Part shown: one piece after another, positions 62,739 to 64,000 of the stretch
Position numbering within the stretch: the stretch's first letter is position 1
Layout: every line of letters starts with the position of its first letter
NCBI GenBank assembly: GCA_036342255.1
Contig: JAZAUS010000008.1
Location: forward strand, 7,661 to 71,660
DNA length: 64,000 nucleotides
DNA from: Bacilli bacterium
Lineage (GTDB): Bacteria; Bacillota_I; Bacilli_A; RF39; UBA660
Reading direction: 5' to 3'
Made by a program: the position numbers and the translations under genes
Notes under the pieces: generated by a model
Databases searched by the model: none
Seen by the model: the letters and a program-made list of their open reading frames with translations, nothing else
Told to the model about the DNA's origin: nothing

Positions 62739-64000
62739 TTATAATTCTTTTAATTTTTTGTAGATTTTTACCATGGCATAGGTATCTAGTTCACAATATT
62801 TTAATAAATTATTTCTTACTTCTTCTTGTTCTTTTTTTGATAAATTATTTAGATTGGCATATGTTGACATGGCTTCTTGTCCGTTGTGAACTTGATCTAA
62901 GTTATGGTAGTCTAAGCTGGGATCATTGGGAAATAGAGCTGGTAAGACATATTTAATAGAATATGATCCATCCATTTCTTTGGTATAATAATCTCTATCT
63001 TTAAATGGGATCATTAAATCCTTTATATTATAATATATATTCATTAGATGCTCTGTTAAGTCTGGATAGAGATTAGCTAGATTTTTGATAACCATTTTTT
63101 CAAACATCATATTATAGGCTAGAACGCAGGTATCTTTAGGGATATCCTTTATTAGGCTTTCAGCTAGTGTTCTTCTTGGATCAATACCTGAAGATGCTAA
63201 AAATTCTTTATGCATTAGTTTACTATTTTCTTTTTCTAGATAATGAAGTGAGTATTGAAATGGTATTTGCATATATGGTTTTATACCATCATATTGAGGA
63301 ATAGATTGTTGATAGGTTTCAAAATCTAAAAAATATAAGGGGTATGATAAAGTAGATAAAAAATCTTTTATTTTATTTTTATTGATAAATGGGGCTTTAT
63401 CATATAGTGAGTATTCTATTTGCTCTTTATACTTCCAATTGATATCTTCATCTAATAAATCTTTATAATCATATAAGCCCTTATGATATAAATCAAACTT
63501 GGTACTGCTACGCATTCCTTTTATATTAAAAATATTATTAGCTGGTAGCTGTTTGGTACAGTATTTAAAGAAGGGGCAATTATATGGTGTTACACAGTGA
63601 ATACCAATATCATCTTTTGGTTCTTCTTTTGTTTTCATATAATCATTAATATAATTAATTTTTTCTTCTACTTCTTTTTGTTTTGATAGAGATATATCTG
63701 TAACATCTTTAATTATAAACAATTTGTTTAAGTCTAAATCTCCATCTCTTTCATAATCGCTATTAATATAAACTATACATGTTTTGGTTATATTATGACC
63801 TAATTTTTTTAGGACATATGTTTGATATGAGATATCATCTAGGTAGATATCTTTTACTTCTGTAGAACTTTTTACTTCATATATTTCATAATTATTATTA
63901 TTCTTTTTTAATATATCGATACTGCAGAAGTTATTGTTATAGGAAAAAGAAGCTTCTGTTATGATGATATTATCTTTTTCTAGAGCTTTGTTAGTTTCAT
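62739..64000 (-). CDS. DUF2779 (RecB-like nuclease with Cys cluster) protein; 5' end beyond window
   Basis: The frame stays open upstream of the ORF-track TTG (63722) to the window edge (..CSIDILKK..YEIYEVKSS..DDISYQTYVLKKLG..). GIHCVTPYNCPFFKYC Cys cluster. Confidence 0.6.
   Translation of the reverse strand, partial: ETNKALEKDNIIITEASFSYNNNFCSIDILKKNNNNYEIYEVKSSTEVKDIYLDDISYQTYVLKKLGHNITKTCIVYINSDYERDGDLDLNKLFIIKDVTDISLSKQKEVEEKINYINDYMKTKEEPKDDIGIHCVTPYNCPFFKYCTKQLPANNIFNIKGMRSSTKFDLYHKGLYDYKDLLDEDINWKYKEQIEYSLYDKAPFINKNKIKDFLSTLSYPLYFLDFETYQQSIPQYDGIKPYMQIPFQYSLHYLEKENSKLMHKEFLASSGIDPRRTLAESLIKDIPKDTCVLAYNMMFEKMVIKNLANLYPDLTEHLMNIYYNIKDLMIPFKDRDYYTKEMDGSYSIKYVLPALFPNDPSLDYHNLDQVHNGQEAMSTYANLNNLSKKEQEEVRNNLLKYCELDTYAMVKIYKKLKEL

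Noticed and set aside
62714-62956. 80-aa plus-strand ORF spanning the junction of two minus-strand genes
   Set aside because: It is antisense to the DUF2779 3' end and the neighbouring gene start, is hydrophobic low-complexity sequence, and has no SD.

Overview
Very AT-rich, low-GC Gram-positive (Bacillota-like, standard genetic code) chromosomal segment. About 62 of about 66 genes lie on the minus strand. The right third (38.9-64 kb) is mostly housekeeping and envelope functions: phosphoketolase, HtrA, CDF transporter, PAP2, agrBD with a convergent AgrC/AgrA-like pair, CtpA, SSB, amidase-like protein, SufB, PcrA, DUF2779. The left end carries a LexA-box-controlled Y-family polymerase/YolD cassette and surface proteins. 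The middle (8.2-30.2 kb) is a dense defence island with no integrase or transposase. It holds Abi_2/HEPN, BRO-N, an XRE-ImmA-DUF4417 module flanked by ~47-nt direct repeats, a PD-(D/E)XK nuclease, three ParB-like DGQQR (DUF262) nucleases (a split GmrSD-like pair and a DUF262-HNH fusion), an HNH endonuclease with two C5-methyltransferases, and a second HEPN protein. It also holds a tightly packed five-gene operon: MazG-like, 3TM protein, DUF2075 nuclease-helicase, PHP-Rad50-like ATPase, and an acidic protein ending in an SSB-tail-like EDWPF. I cannot assign this operon to any named system, and it is my top candidate for an undescribed defence system. The second highlight is a ~0.5 kb ORF-free RNA (38269-38794, minus), delimited by a promoter and a hairpin, directly upstream of a 4-TM protein; the layout resembles OLE/oapA but I could not verify that. 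Next to it is a tandemly duplicated ~105-nt sRNA gene, with a third diverged copy at 32.4 kb that shows compensatory base changes. I saw no rRNA, tRNA or CRISPR array. Many ORF-track N-termini read through promoters, so I reset starts where an SD plus ATG is evident.
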